DNA from: Acidimicrobiia bacterium
GTDB taxonomy: Bacteria; Actinomycetota; Acidimicrobiia; IMCC26256; JAGPDB01
Length of the DNA: 64,000 bases
Assembly: GCA_046331265.1 (NCBI GenBank)
Contig: JAXLRE010000007.1
Location: forward strand, 21,092-85,091
Direction: 5' to 3'
A program made the position numbers and the translations under genes. Positions 46,657 through 57,220 of the stretch are shown in pieces (the stretch's first letter is position 1; each line of letters starts with the position of its first letter). The notes below the pieces were generated by a model. It was not told where the DNA came from. It worked only from the letters and a program-made list of their open reading frames with translations, and made no database searches.

Positions 46657-47694
46657 TTAGTGAAGATTAGATGAAATCAAAACTGATTTGAGAACATCAA
46701 ACTCTTCAAGGCATTGGCCAGATCCAACCACAACACTAAATAAAGGATTTTTAGCAATGATAATTGGCATTCCAGTTTCGTCTGCGAGTCGTCTATCCAA
46801 TCCATGCAACAACGCGCCGCCACCTGTTACAACAATTCCTTTTTCCATAATATCCGCAGCCAATTCTGGTGGTGTTGTATCTAAAGTAACTTTTACTGCA
46901 TCAACAATTGCACTCACTGGTTCGTCGATTGCTTCACGAATTTCAACAGTGGATACAACAATTGTTTTAGGCAGACCGGTGACCAGATCGCGACCACGAA
47001 TTTCAGCCATTTGTTCTTCTGCTAATGGAGATGCTGAAGCTAAGCGCATTTTGATTTCTTCAGCTGTGCGTTCTCCAATTGCCAACGAGTACTCTTTTTT
47101 AATAAAAGTCATTATTGATTCATCTAGTTCATCTCCACCAATACGAACAGATTCACTTGCAACAATTCCACCTAAAGAGATGACTGCAACTTCGGTTGTT
47201 CCTCCACCAATGTCTACAACCATATTTCCTGTTGGCTCATGAACTGGTAAGCCTGCACCGATTGCGGCTGCCATTGGTTCTTCAATTATGTAAGCAGGTT
47301 TTCTAGCACCTGCATATTCTGCAGCTTCTTGAACTGCGCGCTGTTCAACACCTGTAATTCCACTTGGCACACAAATTACCATTCGAGGTTTTGCCCATCT
47401 GCGTTGGTGTACACGCTGAATAAAGTATCGAAGCATTTTTTCACATACATCGAAATCTGCAATCACGCCATCTTTTAAAGGTCGAATAGCTTTGATGTGT
47501 CCTGGCGTACGGCCAATCATTCTCTTTGCTTCTGATCCAACAGCTAATGGCCGGCCATCGCGAGTATTGACAGCAACAACACTTGGCTCGTTAAGTACGA
47601 TGCCTCGACCGCGTACATATACAAGCGTATTTGCCGTACCTAAATCGACAGCCATATCGCGACCAACAATGGTAGAAAGTATTGAATCAGACAA
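46657..47694 (-). CDS. mreB: Actin-like rod shape-determining protein MreB
   Basis: DLGTANTLVY, VVDIGGGTTEVAVISLGG, and VVTGGGALL. The start is TTG 47694 (SD GGAGG) or ATG 47655. Confidence 0.95.
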   Translation of the reverse strand: MSDSILSTIVGRDMAVDLGTANTLVYVRGRGIVLNEPSVVAVNTRDGRPLAVGSEAKRMIGRTPGHIKAIRPLKDGVIADFDVCEKMLRYFIQRVHQRRWAKPRMVICVPSGITGVEQRAVQEAAEYAGARKPAYIIEEPMAAAIGAGLPVHEPTGNMVVDIGGGTTEVAVISLGGIVASESVRIGGDELDESIMTFIKKEYSLAIGERTAEEIKMRLASASPLAEEQMAEIRGRDLVTGLPKTIVVSTVEIREAIDEPVSAIVDAVKVTLDTTPPELAADIMEKGIVVTGGGALLHGLDRRLADETGMPIIIAKNPLFSVVVGSGQCLEEFDVLKSVLISSNLH

Positions 47695-47779
47695 GAAAAT
47701 CGGCCTCCATTAGATACAAGGCTAGGCCAAAATAGGCAACTACGTCCAAAAGAGGACAGATTTCTATTGAGAGAACTGA

Positions 47780-48181
47780 TTAGCTAAAAAAGATATCGAT
47801 TTCTCTAGCTGCTGATTCTGTTGAGTCTGAACCGTGAATGAGATTTTCTGTGAAAAGTATTCCAAAATCACCGCGGATAGTTCCAGGTGCAGCTGTTGCT
47901 GGATCAGTAGAACCCATAAGATTCCTCATTACCATTTGCGCATCTCGGCCTTGGACTTCCATTACAACAACTGGTCCAGATTTCATAAAGTCACATAGTT
48001 CTTGATAAAAACCTTTGTCTTTATGCTCTTCGTAATGTTTATCAAGCACATTCTGGTCTAGTGTCCGTAAGTCCATACGAGTAATAGTTAAATTTTTTCG
48101 TTCTATACGAGAAATAACTTCACCGATAAGTTTTCTTTTAACAGTATCTGGTTTAAGAATAATAAGTGTTGTATCAAGCAT
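47780..48181 (-). CDS. ndk: Nucleoside diphosphate kinase
   Basis: TLIILKPD... and the active-site NLIHGSDS. Confidence 0.95.
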   Translation of the reverse strand: MLDTTLIILKPDTVKRKLIGEVISRIERKNLTITRMDLRTLDQNVLDKHYEEHKDKGFYQELCDFMKSGPVVVMEVQGRDAQMVMRNLMGSTDPATAAPGTIRGDFGILFTENLIHGSDSTESAAREIDIFFS

Positions 48182-48224
48182 GCTTAAATTTTAAGTCAGT
48201 CAATTCTAGAAATACGATTTGTAG

Positions 48225-48752
48225 TTAATTTAAACGTTCAATTCCAAGCGTTCTGTCGATGATAAGCGGTTTTTGTAATCCCGGAACCGTTATTTCGACA
48301 AGGCCCGCATCAATTAAATTCTGTATCGGTGAACCAAACTCAGCATTACGGTCTGCATGGGCAACTGCATGCGTATCAATTTTTTCACGCAGTTTTAATA
48401 TATCTTTTTCAGTTATCAATCCGGCTTCTTGTAAGACAAGTATGGCATATGATCCGATTACTGTATTTGGATCAATTCGATCAATAATTGGGGCAATCTC
48501 GACCCCATTAAAGTCAAACTCTAAATCAGGATCTAAAAATGCCATTAATATTGTTACATGATTTTTTTCGTTAGGATTTATCCGCTGTAATAAACTAACT
48601 ACTGTTTCTCTAGGCAATGAATAGCTAAATAAAAACTCTCTTAATCCAGATTCTGACCCTAAACTATCTATATCAATTTCTTCTAAAAATTGTATGACAG
48701 GGTCGTCCTGTCCAGGTATATTTCTATCCATAGAACTCAACATTCTACACAA
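48225..48752 (-). CDS. Hypothetical acidic soluble protein
   Basis: 175-aa ORF (shorter if it starts at an internal Met) tightly packed between folC and ndk. No motif recognised. Confidence 0.4.
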   Translation of the reverse strand: MCRMLSSMDRNIPGQDDPVIQFLEEIDIDSLGSESGLREFLFSYSLPRETVVSLLQRINPNEKNHVTILMAFLDPDLEFDFNGVEIAPIIDRIDPNTVIGSYAILVLQEAGLITEKDILKLREKIDTHAVAHADRNAEFGSPIQNLIDAGLVEITVPGLQKPLIIDRTLGIERLN

Positions 48753-48774
48753 TTAGTACATTTTATACAAATCG

Positions 48775-50085
48775 CTAGACCAGGTGTGAGCGCACTTCCC
48801 CAACAACATAAAGGCTGCCAGTAACTATTATTTGATCGTCATCTAAAGCAATAGATTTTGCATATTCAATAGCATCTTTTGAACTCGGTATCTCGAAAAC
48901 CGAATCGATTCCTTCTTCATTTAGATATTTAGCTAAATCTGAAACTTCCATTGCACGTTTTGAATCTGCTGCAGTTGCAATTACTACATCATCAACATCT
49001 ATCTGAAGAGCATTGATCATTGCATATGCATCTTTTTCTTTTGTTAAACCTAAAACATAGATTTTGCGCATAGGTGCAAAATCACTTTCTAATGTTCTAG
49101 CAAGTGCTTGCGCTCCAGCAACATTATGTGCACCATCAATAATTATTAGTGGATTTCGTTCCAGTACTTCTAAGCGTCCAGGAGATGATGCTTGACCAAA
49201 ACCAATTTCAATGATTTCGTCTCCTAGTGGTCCACCTAAAAATTCTTCACATGCAACAACAGCAGTTAAAGCATTCATGCCTTGGTGCTCTCCAAGCAGT
49301 GGCAAAAACTTATCTTCATAAGTATTGAATAGCGTTTGAAAACTTAGCAGTCTTCCACCAACGGCTGGTTCATTAGATAATAATTTAAAGTCTTCATTAA
49401 TAATAACCGGACGCGCATTAACTTTCTGAGCTTGTTCAATAAATATTTGAGATATCGAATGATCTTGTTCAGATATAACAACACTATTATTCTCTTTAAT
49501 AATTCCGCTTTTTTCTATAGCAATTTTTTCTCTAGTGTCTCCCAGATACGCCATATGGTCTAGTTCGACGTTAGTGATAACACTTACTTGAGAATTACAA
49601 ACATTGGTTGCATCATAAAGTCCACCCATGCCAACTTCGATCAAAGCTATGTCAGTCGCAACTTTATTCATTATTTCAAATCCACTAGCTACGAAAATTT
49701 CGAAATATGAAGGCAAGTCTTTTGATACTTCTTCAAATGATTCTTCTACATTTTTTATAAAACGCAAAGATTCTTCTAGCTCATAGTCAGAACAAGGAAT
49801 TGAATCCAAACAAACACGTTCATTCATATACGCCAAATGCGGAGATGAAATAGTTCCTGTGTAAAAACCTTTTGCTCGCATTAAAGATTCGCTAATTCGT
49901 GTCGTAGAAGTTTTACCGTTAGTACCAGTGATATGAATGGCTTTAATATTTTCTTGTGGGTCACCCATGTGTTTACATAGGGTTTTCATCCTTTCTAACG
50001 TAGGTCTAGTTGCACGACGCGAAAGCTTCCCGTTTTCAAAATTGTCGTGACTGTTTAGCCAGTCTTCAAGTTCGTGACTAATCAT
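48775..50085 (-). CDS. folC: Folylpolyglutamate synthase / dihydrofolate synthase
   Basis: Mur-ligase P-loop ITGTNGKTST. valS-folC adjacency with overlapping stop/start. Confidence 0.9.
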   Translation of the reverse strand: MISHELEDWLNSHDNFENGKLSRRATRPTLERMKTLCKHMGDPQENIKAIHITGTNGKTSTTRISESLMRAKGFYTGTISSPHLAYMNERVCLDSIPCSDYELEESLRFIKNVEESFEEVSKDLPSYFEIFVASGFEIMNKVATDIALIEVGMGGLYDATNVCNSQVSVITNVELDHMAYLGDTREKIAIEKSGIIKENNSVVISEQDHSISQIFIEQAQKVNARPVIINEDFKLLSNEPAVGGRLLSFQTLFNTYEDKFLPLLGEHQGMNALTAVVACEEFLGGPLGDEIIEIGFGQASSPGRLEVLERNPLIIIDGAHNVAGAQALARTLESDFAPMRKIYVLGLTKEKDAYAMINALQIDVDDVVIATAADSKRAMEVSDLAKYLNEEGIDSVFEIPSSKDAIEYAKSIALDDDQIIVTGSLYVVGEVRSHLV

Positions 50086-52696
50086 TTTTTAAAGCAAACT
50101 TTACTTGTGAAGTATCCCAAAATACATTTGAGTCTGTTTTAATAACATTACCTATAGAAAAATCAGGATCTGTAATATTGCATGATGATCGAATATCACT
50201 TAAGACAGCATCATCTAGCCAAGTTCCATTCAACCAATTAGCACCCATCATTTTTGCATTAGTGACTTCAGTCTTCATTGAAATCTTTGCTTCAGATTTA
50301 AGTGTTCTCATTTGTGTAACGACTTCTTTAGTCGTTGCATAAACATCGTGAGAAGTATCAAATGGCAGGTCTCCAGATTGTGGCCATTTTGCATGATGAA
50401 TACTTCCCTCTTGCCACCATGACCAGACTTCTTCAGTAACGAATGGCATTATCGGAGCAAAGAGACGTTGGAAAATACTCAAAGCTATTCGTAACGTTGT
50501 TTGAGCGCTCAGCTTCGCGGCATCACCCTGACTTCCATATGCTCGGCTCTTAACTATTTCTAAATAGTTATCGCAGAAGTCCCAAAAACGTGTTTCGGCT
50601 ATTTGCAATGACCTCGAATAGTCAAAATCATTGAATGCTTTTTGACAATCTTCACAATCTTTCTTCAAAATTGCTAGAAATGATTTGTCTATATTTTCTG
50701 TAACATTCTCAGATTGAACATCTTCAAAATCAGAGGCAACTGTCAAAACAAACTTGCTAGCATTTAATAATTTTGTAGAAAGCCTCCGGCCAATTTTCAT
50801 AATTCCTTCATCGTAAGCAGTATCAACTCCAGGTCGACCATTTGCCGCCCAATATCTAACTGCATCAGAACCATATTGTTCTAGAAGTCCCATTGGCGTT
50901 ACGACATTTCCTTTAGATTTACTCATCTTTTTTCTATCTGGATCTAAAATCCAACCAGAGATCAATGCATTGTAAAAAGGAATGCTGTTATGTTCATAGT
51001 GTGATCGTACAACAGTTGAGAAAAGCCAAGTTCTAATAATCTCATGTGCCTGTGGACGTAGATCCATTGGGAAAACTTTTTCAAAAAGTTCATCATCAAC
51101 ACTCCACTGCCCTGCAATCTGTGGGGTAAGTGAAGAAGTAGCCCATGTATCAAAAATGTCTGGGTCAGCCATGAATCCATTAGGTTGGTTTCTTTGAGAT
51201 TCGTCATAACCGTTTGGAACATCAATAGATGGATCAACTGGAAGTTGTTTTGAATCAGGAACTAAAACTTCCTCGTAATTTGGCTCACCATTTTCATCTA
51301 AGTGATACCAGATTGGGATTGGAACACCAAAGTACCTCTGGCGAGAGATTAGCCAATCCCCATTTAATCCATCTACCCAGTTTTGATATCGCGATTCCAT
51401 AAATTTTGGATGCCAATGTATTTGAGATCCTCTGTCTTTTAGCCCAGCTGCTACTTGTCTATCTCTACCACCATTTTTTATATACCACTGCCTCGAAGCA
51501 ACTACCTCTAAAGGCCTATCGCCCTTCTCATAAAATTTCACGGGTCGCATAATTTCTTTTGGTTCGTCTAAAAGAGATCCTGATTCACGCAGCATTTCTT
51601 CCATGACTTTTTTTGCCTGATTAGGATAAAGACCTGCAATTTTACTGAAAGCATTCTTTGCTGCTTCAGGATCTATTGGACCCCAACTTGATATCGAATC
51701 GGATAGATCAATTATTTTTCCATCTCGACCGATAATGGAACGCACAGGAAGATCTAATTCTCTCCACATTTGCACGTCGCTAATATCACCCCAAGTCGAG
51801 ATCATTACAACACCTGATCCTTTTTCAGGATCAGCTATCTCATGATGAAATATTTCTAAAGGAACTCCAAATACTGGAGATAAAACTTTCTTACCTACTA
51901 AATGAGTGAAACGTTCATCTTTTGGATTAACAGCTACACCTACATCTGCGGCTATCAATTCAGGTCTAGTAGTTTCGATAATTAAATATTCATCTGATGC
52001 TGAATTTTTAGCTTCGTCATAAAAAGGAAAAGCCAATTTATAAAATTTACCGCCTTTTTCTCTGTCTTCAATTTCAGCCTGCGCAACCGCAGTTTTAAAA
52101 TCAACGTCCCAAAGAGTTGGAGCATCCGAATTATATGCTTCTCCCCTTTGAACCATCTTTAAGAATGCACGCTGTGAAATCTCTTGGGCAGTTTTGCCAA
52201 CTGTCGTATATGTCATTTTCCAATCAACGGAAAGCCCGAGATGTTTCCAAAGTTCTTCAAACTTTTCTTCATCGATAGAAACTAATGTTGAACAAAGCTC
52301 AGTAAAGTTTCTACGCGAAATTGGTTGCGGTGGGTCAAGCGGTTCTTCAGGAGCAGTAAAATTTGGATCATATTCGACGCTTGGATCACATGTAACTCCA
52401 TAATAATTTTGAACTCTGCGTTCAGTAGGTAAACCATTATCATCCCATCCCATTGGATAAAAAGGATGCTTGCCAGACATACGTTGAAAACGAACAATGG
52501 TATCAGTATGCGTATAACTAAAAACATGTCCTAAATGTAAAGAACCAGAAACGGTAGGAGGAGGTGTATCAACAGCAAAAATCTCTTCGCGAGTATATTT
52601 TCTATCGAATGCATAAATGTCTTTATCTTGCCAAACTTTTGACCACTTGTCTTCAAGACCATCAGCTGTAACATTTTCTGGAATTTTGGCGTTCAT
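50078..52696 (-). CDS. valS: Valyl-tRNA synthetase
   Basis: PPTVSGSLHLGHVFSY (HIGH) and KMSKSKGN (KMSKS). 872 aa. Confidence 0.95.
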   Translation of the reverse strand: MNAKIPENVTADGLEDKWSKVWQDKDIYAFDRKYTREEIFAVDTPPPTVSGSLHLGHVFSYTHTDTIVRFQRMSGKHPFYPMGWDDNGLPTERRVQNYYGVTCDPSVEYDPNFTAPEEPLDPPQPISRRNFTELCSTLVSIDEEKFEELWKHLGLSVDWKMTYTTVGKTAQEISQRAFLKMVQRGEAYNSDAPTLWDVDFKTAVAQAEIEDREKGGKFYKLAFPFYDEAKNSASDEYLIIETTRPELIAADVGVAVNPKDERFTHLVGKKVLSPVFGVPLEIFHHEIADPEKGSGVVMISTWGDISDVQMWRELDLPVRSIIGRDGKIIDLSDSISSWGPIDPEAAKNAFSKIAGLYPNQAKKVMEEMLRESGSLLDEPKEIMRPVKFYEKGDRPLEVVASRQWYIKNGGRDRQVAAGLKDRGSQIHWHPKFMESRYQNWVDGLNGDWLISRQRYFGVPIPIWYHLDENGEPNYEEVLVPDSKQLPVDPSIDVPNGYDESQRNQPNGFMADPDIFDTWATSSLTPQIAGQWSVDDELFEKVFPMDLRPQAHEIIRTWLFSTVVRSHYEHNSIPFYNALISGWILDPDRKKMSKSKGNVVTPMGLLEQYGSDAVRYWAANGRPGVDTAYDEGIMKIGRRLSTKLLNASKFVLTVASDFEDVQSENVTENIDKSFLAILKKDCEDCQKAFNDFDYSRSLQIAETRFWDFCDNYLEIVKSRAYGSQGDAAKLSAQTTLRIALSIFQRLFAPIMPFVTEEVWSWWQEGSIHHAKWPQSGDLPFDTSHDVYATTKEVVTQMRTLKSEAKISMKTEVTNAKMMGANWLNGTWLDDAVLSDIRSSCNITDPDFSIGNVIKTDSNVFWDTSQVKFALKND

Positions 52697-52717
52697 AAGA
52701 TGAGATATTCTAGGCGA

Positions 52718-53221
52718 TCACTGGACCTCTTCGCTCATAGAATTACCCAATACTAAACATAAAACACTTTGATTTTCTTGTCTCATGGCTTCAAATATTA
52801 TGTCTTTATCTACAAATGTCGTTTTGGCTTCGTCAACATCCACAAATCGATATTCGTCATGTTCGTGGGAAAGGATTACATCCATAATTTTATCTAGATC
52901 AAATTTAAGAACTATGCGCAGTGCTGTACGCGTAGGGTGAACCATAACTTCGCCTGTAGGAAATTCTGGAAGTGAAATGCCTGTTTCTTCAAGTACTTCA
53001 CGCCGTAAAGCTTGAACTACAGATTCTCCTATTTCATCGACACCGCCACCAGGAAATTCCCATAATCCAGGGTAAGTGTCTTCTTTAGCCCTACGTACAA
53101 CCAATACTTTATCTTCAGCACAAATCACAGCCGAGACAACAAGACGATTTTTTCCTAAACGTGAAGCATGCGAAATGTAATCATCGTTTAGCTGATCCCA
53201 ATAATTTTCTAAATCTTCCAC
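52718..53221 (-). CDS. NUDIX hydrolase (MutT-like)
   Basis: Nudix box GLWEFPGGGVDEIGESVVQALRREVLEETG. Confidence 0.85.
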   Translation of the reverse strand: MEDLENYWDQLNDDYISHASRLGKNRLVVSAVICAEDKVLVVRRAKEDTYPGLWEFPGGGVDEIGESVVQALRREVLEETGISLPEFPTGEVMVHPTRTALRIVLKFDLDKIMDVILSHEHDEYRFVDVDEAKTTFVDKDIIFEAMRQENQSVLCLVLGNSMSEEVQ

Positions 53222-53278
53222 GACGGTATCCTAGACCTAACAACCAATATGCTTATGTTATTTATTACCCGTTATGAT

Positions 53279-55753
53279 CTAACTAGAGATAACTGGTCCA
53301 TTTGGAATACTATTCGCCATAGTATTGCTTATGAATGTAGGGGTTGATGACCCACCTCCATTAGACAAGAAAGCACTGTAACTAGTAAACCCTTTTTTAA
53401 CTCCATTTTCGGCTAAATAAATACTGCCACTATTAACAATATATTTTGAAAGATCATTTTGGCTAAAGTTGAATCTGTTACAGATTTCACCACCATCTAA
53501 AAAGCTAGATAAGGTATACCCGAAATTTGAATAAAGTGTAGAATCAACTCTGTAAAGGACGCCATTTGTTCCAACGTACGTATTTGATCCACACTTTATA
53601 GTTGTACGGAGATTCGATCCGATACTGTATTTAGAAAACTCACTAGGACTTATAGTTCTTACCGATGTGCCCAAACCTAAATCAACAGTATTAGCAAAAC
53701 TGGTAACAGGGAAAAGAGATGGAGATCCAGACCAATTATTTACCACGTAGACACTTGCCGAATTCGAAACTTTAACTAACGAACCTCCACCCAACATAGT
53801 GTCACCTGTTGCTATTGAATTCAAAAATAAGTCTGAGAAACGATGGATTGCTATTGGATATCCAAGGCTCACTAAATCTGGCCAACTAGCGATTGGCCTC
53901 TTATAACCGTTATCTATGAAATAGACAGTAGCGTCGGTTACGCTACGGAAATAGACAGTCACTGCAGGGCCATTTACAAAACGATTTAATGTATCAGGTG
54001 AAAACAAAATCAGATTTGAACATGAGTATCCAAAATCTACAACTAGGTCACAAGAAGGAAACAAAAGTTTGATTCCAGCAATTATCAAATATACATTTGA
54101 GTCGGCAGTTGAGCCTATGACTCTACTTAAATTGCTTCCCGTAGGGATACTGTCAAGATAACTTTTCTCAACGAATCGCACTGGTCCTAAAGTACTGAAG
54201 TCATTGAAAACTCCGATATTTGTTATGGGATATTTTGTATCACCATTTATCAAATACACTGAAGAATTTGAAACAGTTCTTACTAGCTCTGCATTAGTTG
54301 GAGAAGCCATTTGTATTGCCTGGATAATAGATGGTCTCTTTCTTGTAATGCCGTTACGTGAATCTTTAATATCGAGTCCACTAGATTTAAGTCTTGTCAA
54401 AATTTGAATAGAACTTTCATTAGGATACGCTTGACGCAAAAGTGCTACAGCACCAGAAATCATCGGTGTGGCCATTGAGGTACCGCTTTTAATTTCATAT
54501 CCATCTACTGTTCCATCATTTATATCTAATGATGAAGGTACAGAAGATTTTATTGATGAACCTGGTGCCCATAGACTCAACATAGAATTCGAATTTGAAT
54601 AATTTGCTACTACATCTGATTTTGTCGTTGCACCAACTGCAACAGCTTTAGAAATACATGCAGGCCAAGAAATGTTAGATGAACTCCCATCGTTACCTGA
54701 AGCCACAACTGTTAGAATCCCATAGCTTCTAAGTTGTGATATAGCATCTGCTTCATCTGGACTGTCTGCATCACAATTCGTTGAATACGCTCCACCGCCT
54801 AACGACATATTGACTGAAACTACGCCTGTCCTGTGAGATAACACATAATTGAGAGCACTTAAAACATCGCTATCACTAGTTAAAATACAAGGACTTGCTG
54901 CACCAACTGATGAACATATGGGATTTCCTTGCGAATCCAAATTGGCATTTGTGTATGTAGAAAAAACTTGTATCGCCATTATGGTGGCACTAGGTGCGAT
55001 TCCTCCTGTTGGAGCACCAGAAACACTGCGCCGTCCTGCAGCTATACCGGCTACATGAGTTCCATGTCCACATCCACTCGTTGTTGCACATGGCGCTCCA
55101 GCTCCGGAACCTGTTTGTGAGTCTAAATTATTAGGACAAGATCCTGACCCACCTATTCCATCTGGACCTTGAGCAAAACAAGCTTCAGTTGTTACAGCAC
55201 CTGATAAAAATGGATGAGACGATTGAACTCCAGTATCGATGATTGCAATTTTGCTACCCACACCTGTATATGAAGTTGAGTTATTCCATGCACTATCCGC
55301 TCCTAATATCGAGACTGCTTGAGTTAAAGATGGGCGAATTAAATCTGATGACGGTGTATAGAAATTTTGAAGTTTAATAGTTTCAACATTTGGATTTTGT
55401 TTTAGTTGTTCAAGTTGATTCAAATCTACGTTTGTCGCCATCGAAGGTATCCGTGAATACTTAACAGTTTCACTCTTGTTTAAATCAGCATCATCAACAA
55501 TTTCATTTTGATCACTAGAAAGTTCACTTCGTTTTGTCGTTGAATTTAAATCATTAGTTGTGTAATTTTTTAAGCTAACAATTACATCTACTGAGCCTTG
55601 TGAATTTATTGCATCGATAATTCCACTGTCTACGCTTACGTCGCTCGCTTGAGTCTTTACTGAAGAGGCATAACTTGGCAATGCGAAACTCGTAATTGAT
55701 ACAGCAATAGTTAGAGCTATCACGCAGAATTTATTTGCCCTCACTCGCCTCAC
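53279..55753 (-). CDS. Secreted subtilisin-like (S8) serine protease with six C-terminal ~55-aa repeats
   Basis: Signal peptide ...SFALPSYA|SS. Catalytic triad contexts AIIDTGV (Asp), HGTHVAG (His), GTSMATP (Ser). The C-terminal repeats have the core (S/T)VY-h-h-x-x-G-x-K/R. Confidence 0.85.
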   Translation of the reverse strand: MRRVRANKFCVIALTIAVSITSFALPSYASSVKTQASDVSVDSGIIDAINSQGSVDVIVSLKNYTTNDLNSTTKRSELSSDQNEIVDDADLNKSETVKYSRIPSMATNVDLNQLEQLKQNPNVETIKLQNFYTPSSDLIRPSLTQAVSILGADSAWNNSTSYTGVGSKIAIIDTGVQSSHPFLSGAVTTEACFAQGPDGIGGSGSCPNNLDSQTGSGAGAPCATTSGCGHGTHVAGIAAGRRSVSGAPTGGIAPSATIMAIQVFSTYTNANLDSQGNPICSSVGAASPCILTSDSDVLSALNYVLSHRTGVVSVNMSLGGGAYSTNCDADSPDEADAISQLRSYGILTVVASGNDGSSSNISWPACISKAVAVGATTKSDVVANYSNSNSMLSLWAPGSSIKSSVPSSLDINDGTVDGYEIKSGTSMATPMISGAVALLRQAYPNESSIQILTRLKSSGLDIKDSRNGITRKRPSIIQAIQMASPTNAELVRTVSNSSVYLINGDTKYPITNIGVFNDFSTLGPVRFVEKSYLDSIPTGSNLSRVIGSTADSNVYLIIAGIKLLFPSCDLVVDFGYSCSNLILFSPDTLNRFVNGPAVTVYFRSVTDATVYFIDNGYKRPIASWPDLVSLGYPIAIHRFSDLFLNSIATGDTMLGGGSLVKVSNSASVYVVNNWSGSPSLFPVTSFANTVDLGLGTSVRTISPSEFSKYSIGSNLRTTIKCGSNTYVGTNGVLYRVDSTLYSNFGYTLSSFLDGGEICNRFNFSQNDLSKYIVNSGSIYLAENGVKKGFTSYSAFLSNGGGSSTPTFISNTMANSIPNGPVISS

Positions 55754-55828
55754 ATATATTTATTCGGCATAAAGGTACATAGATCTAAAGTAAAAAATTA
55801 TGCGAATTTAAATGAATGTAGCGAAGTC

Positions 55829-57088
55829 TTATGCAGACTTTTTGCCACCTTCAAATATAAGCTTAGGAGTAGAGCGATTCAGTACTACTTGCTCGTCAAC
55901 TACACACTTTTTAACATCACTTCGAGAAGGCAATTCATACATGGTCTCGAGCAAAACTTCTTCCATAATTGCACGTAAACCTCTAGCTCCTGTTTGGCGG
56001 GTTAATGCTTCTTGAGCAATTGCTTTTAGAGCTTCTTCTGTAAATTCGAGTTCGACATTGTCGTATTGGAAAAACTTTTCGTATTGTTTAATTAGCGCAT
56101 TCTTTGGTTCTGTAAGAATAGATATCAAAGCAGCTTCATCTAAATGATTAACAGCAGAAACAACAGGAAGTCGACCAATAAATTCTGGAATCAAACCGTA
56201 TTGCATTAAATCTTCTGGCAAAATTTTACCAAGTATTTGGACTAGATCTTTTTCTTCTGCACGTTTTGAATCAGAAATGAAACCTAAAGTTTTTCCGCCA
56301 AGACGTGATTCAACAATTTCTTCTAAACCAGGAAATGCTCCACCACAAATAAATAGAACATTAGCTGTATCGAGTTGCAAGAATTCTTGATGAGGATGTT
56401 TACGTCCACCTTGAGGAGGAACAGAAGCAACTGTACCTTCAAGAATTTTCAGCAATGCTTGCTGAACACCTTCACCAGAGACGTCTCTTGTAATAGAAGG
56501 ATTTTCAGCTTTACGTGCGATCTTGTCTATTTCATCAATATAGATAATTCCAGTTTCTGCTTTTTTAACGTCGTAGTCCGCAGCTTGAATAAGTTTCAAT
56601 AAGATGTTTTCTACGTCTTCACCAACATAACCAGCTTCAGTTAAAGCTGTAGCATCAGCTATTGCAAAAGGAACATTCAGCATTCGAGCAAGAGTTTGAG
56701 CTAATAATGTTTTACCACAACCAGTAGGACCTAAGAGCAAAATATTAGATTTTTGTAATTCAACTTCACTGTCACCATAACCACCGAGACGAACACGTTT
56801 GTAGTGATTATATACGGCAACAGAAAGAATTTTCTTTGCTTGATCTTGTCCAACAATATATCCGTTTAGATAATCAAAAATTTCTTGAGGCTTTGGTAAT
56901 TCTTCAAGTGAAGTTTGTTGCGCTGGTTCAAGTGAATTTAATTCTTCTTCAATTATTTCGTTACAAAGCTCTATACATTCATCACAAATGTATACGCCTG
57001 GACCAGCAATTAATTTTTTTACTTGCTTTTGACTTTTACCGCAGAAAGAACACTTTAGTAAATCGCCACTGTCACCAAACTTCGCCAC
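55829..57088 (-). CDS. clpX: ATP-dependent Clp protease ATPase subunit ClpX
   Basis: Zinc finger CSFCGKSQ...CDECIELC, Walker A GPTGCGKT, and the IGF-like loop LGFIS. Confidence 0.95.
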   Translation of the reverse strand: MAKFGDSGDLLKCSFCGKSQKQVKKLIAGPGVYICDECIELCNEIIEEELNSLEPAQQTSLEELPKPQEIFDYLNGYIVGQDQAKKILSVAVYNHYKRVRLGGYGDSEVELQKSNILLLGPTGCGKTLLAQTLARMLNVPFAIADATALTEAGYVGEDVENILLKLIQAADYDVKKAETGIIYIDEIDKIARKAENPSITRDVSGEGVQQALLKILEGTVASVPPQGGRKHPHQEFLQLDTANVLFICGGAFPGLEEIVESRLGGKTLGFISDSKRAEEKDLVQILGKILPEDLMQYGLIPEFIGRLPVVSAVNHLDEAALISILTEPKNALIKQYEKFFQYDNVELEFTEEALKAIAQEALTRQTGARGLRAIMEEVLLETMYELPSRSDVKKCVVDEQVVLNRSTPKLIFEGGKKSA

Positions 57089-57220
57089 GAAATATTACCT
57101 TTCGATTTTTGTTATCTTGTCGACAAAAAATATGTGTGTCCTTGAGCGTATCACGTTTTTGACTGTGAATGTAAGCACAATTTTTATATCTACATATAAA
57201 AATGATTATTTATTTGTCAA

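Noticed and set aside
46688-47242. A 184-aa + strand ORF antisense to mreB. Similar long antisense ORFs include 5208..5534 vs dnaJ, 13604..13918 vs vWA, 19398..19736 vs leuS, 30029..30337 vs the PilZ-stalk gene, 48259..48561, and 62190..62834 vs the MFS gene.
   Set aside because: Each lies entirely inside a gene with strong family motifs on the opposite strand. Their translations are low-complexity (Ser/Pro/Thr/Ile-rich) with no motifs, SD or signal features. They are typical shadow ORFs of AT-rich coding DNA.
57117-57126. A 10-bp palindrome, TTGTCGACAA, ~30 nt upstream of clpX might be a ClgR-type operator.
   Set aside because: It does not resemble the CGC-N5-GCG-type ClgR site as I recall it. 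A 10-bp AT-rich palindrome containing a 6-bp restriction-site core is weak evidence by itself.
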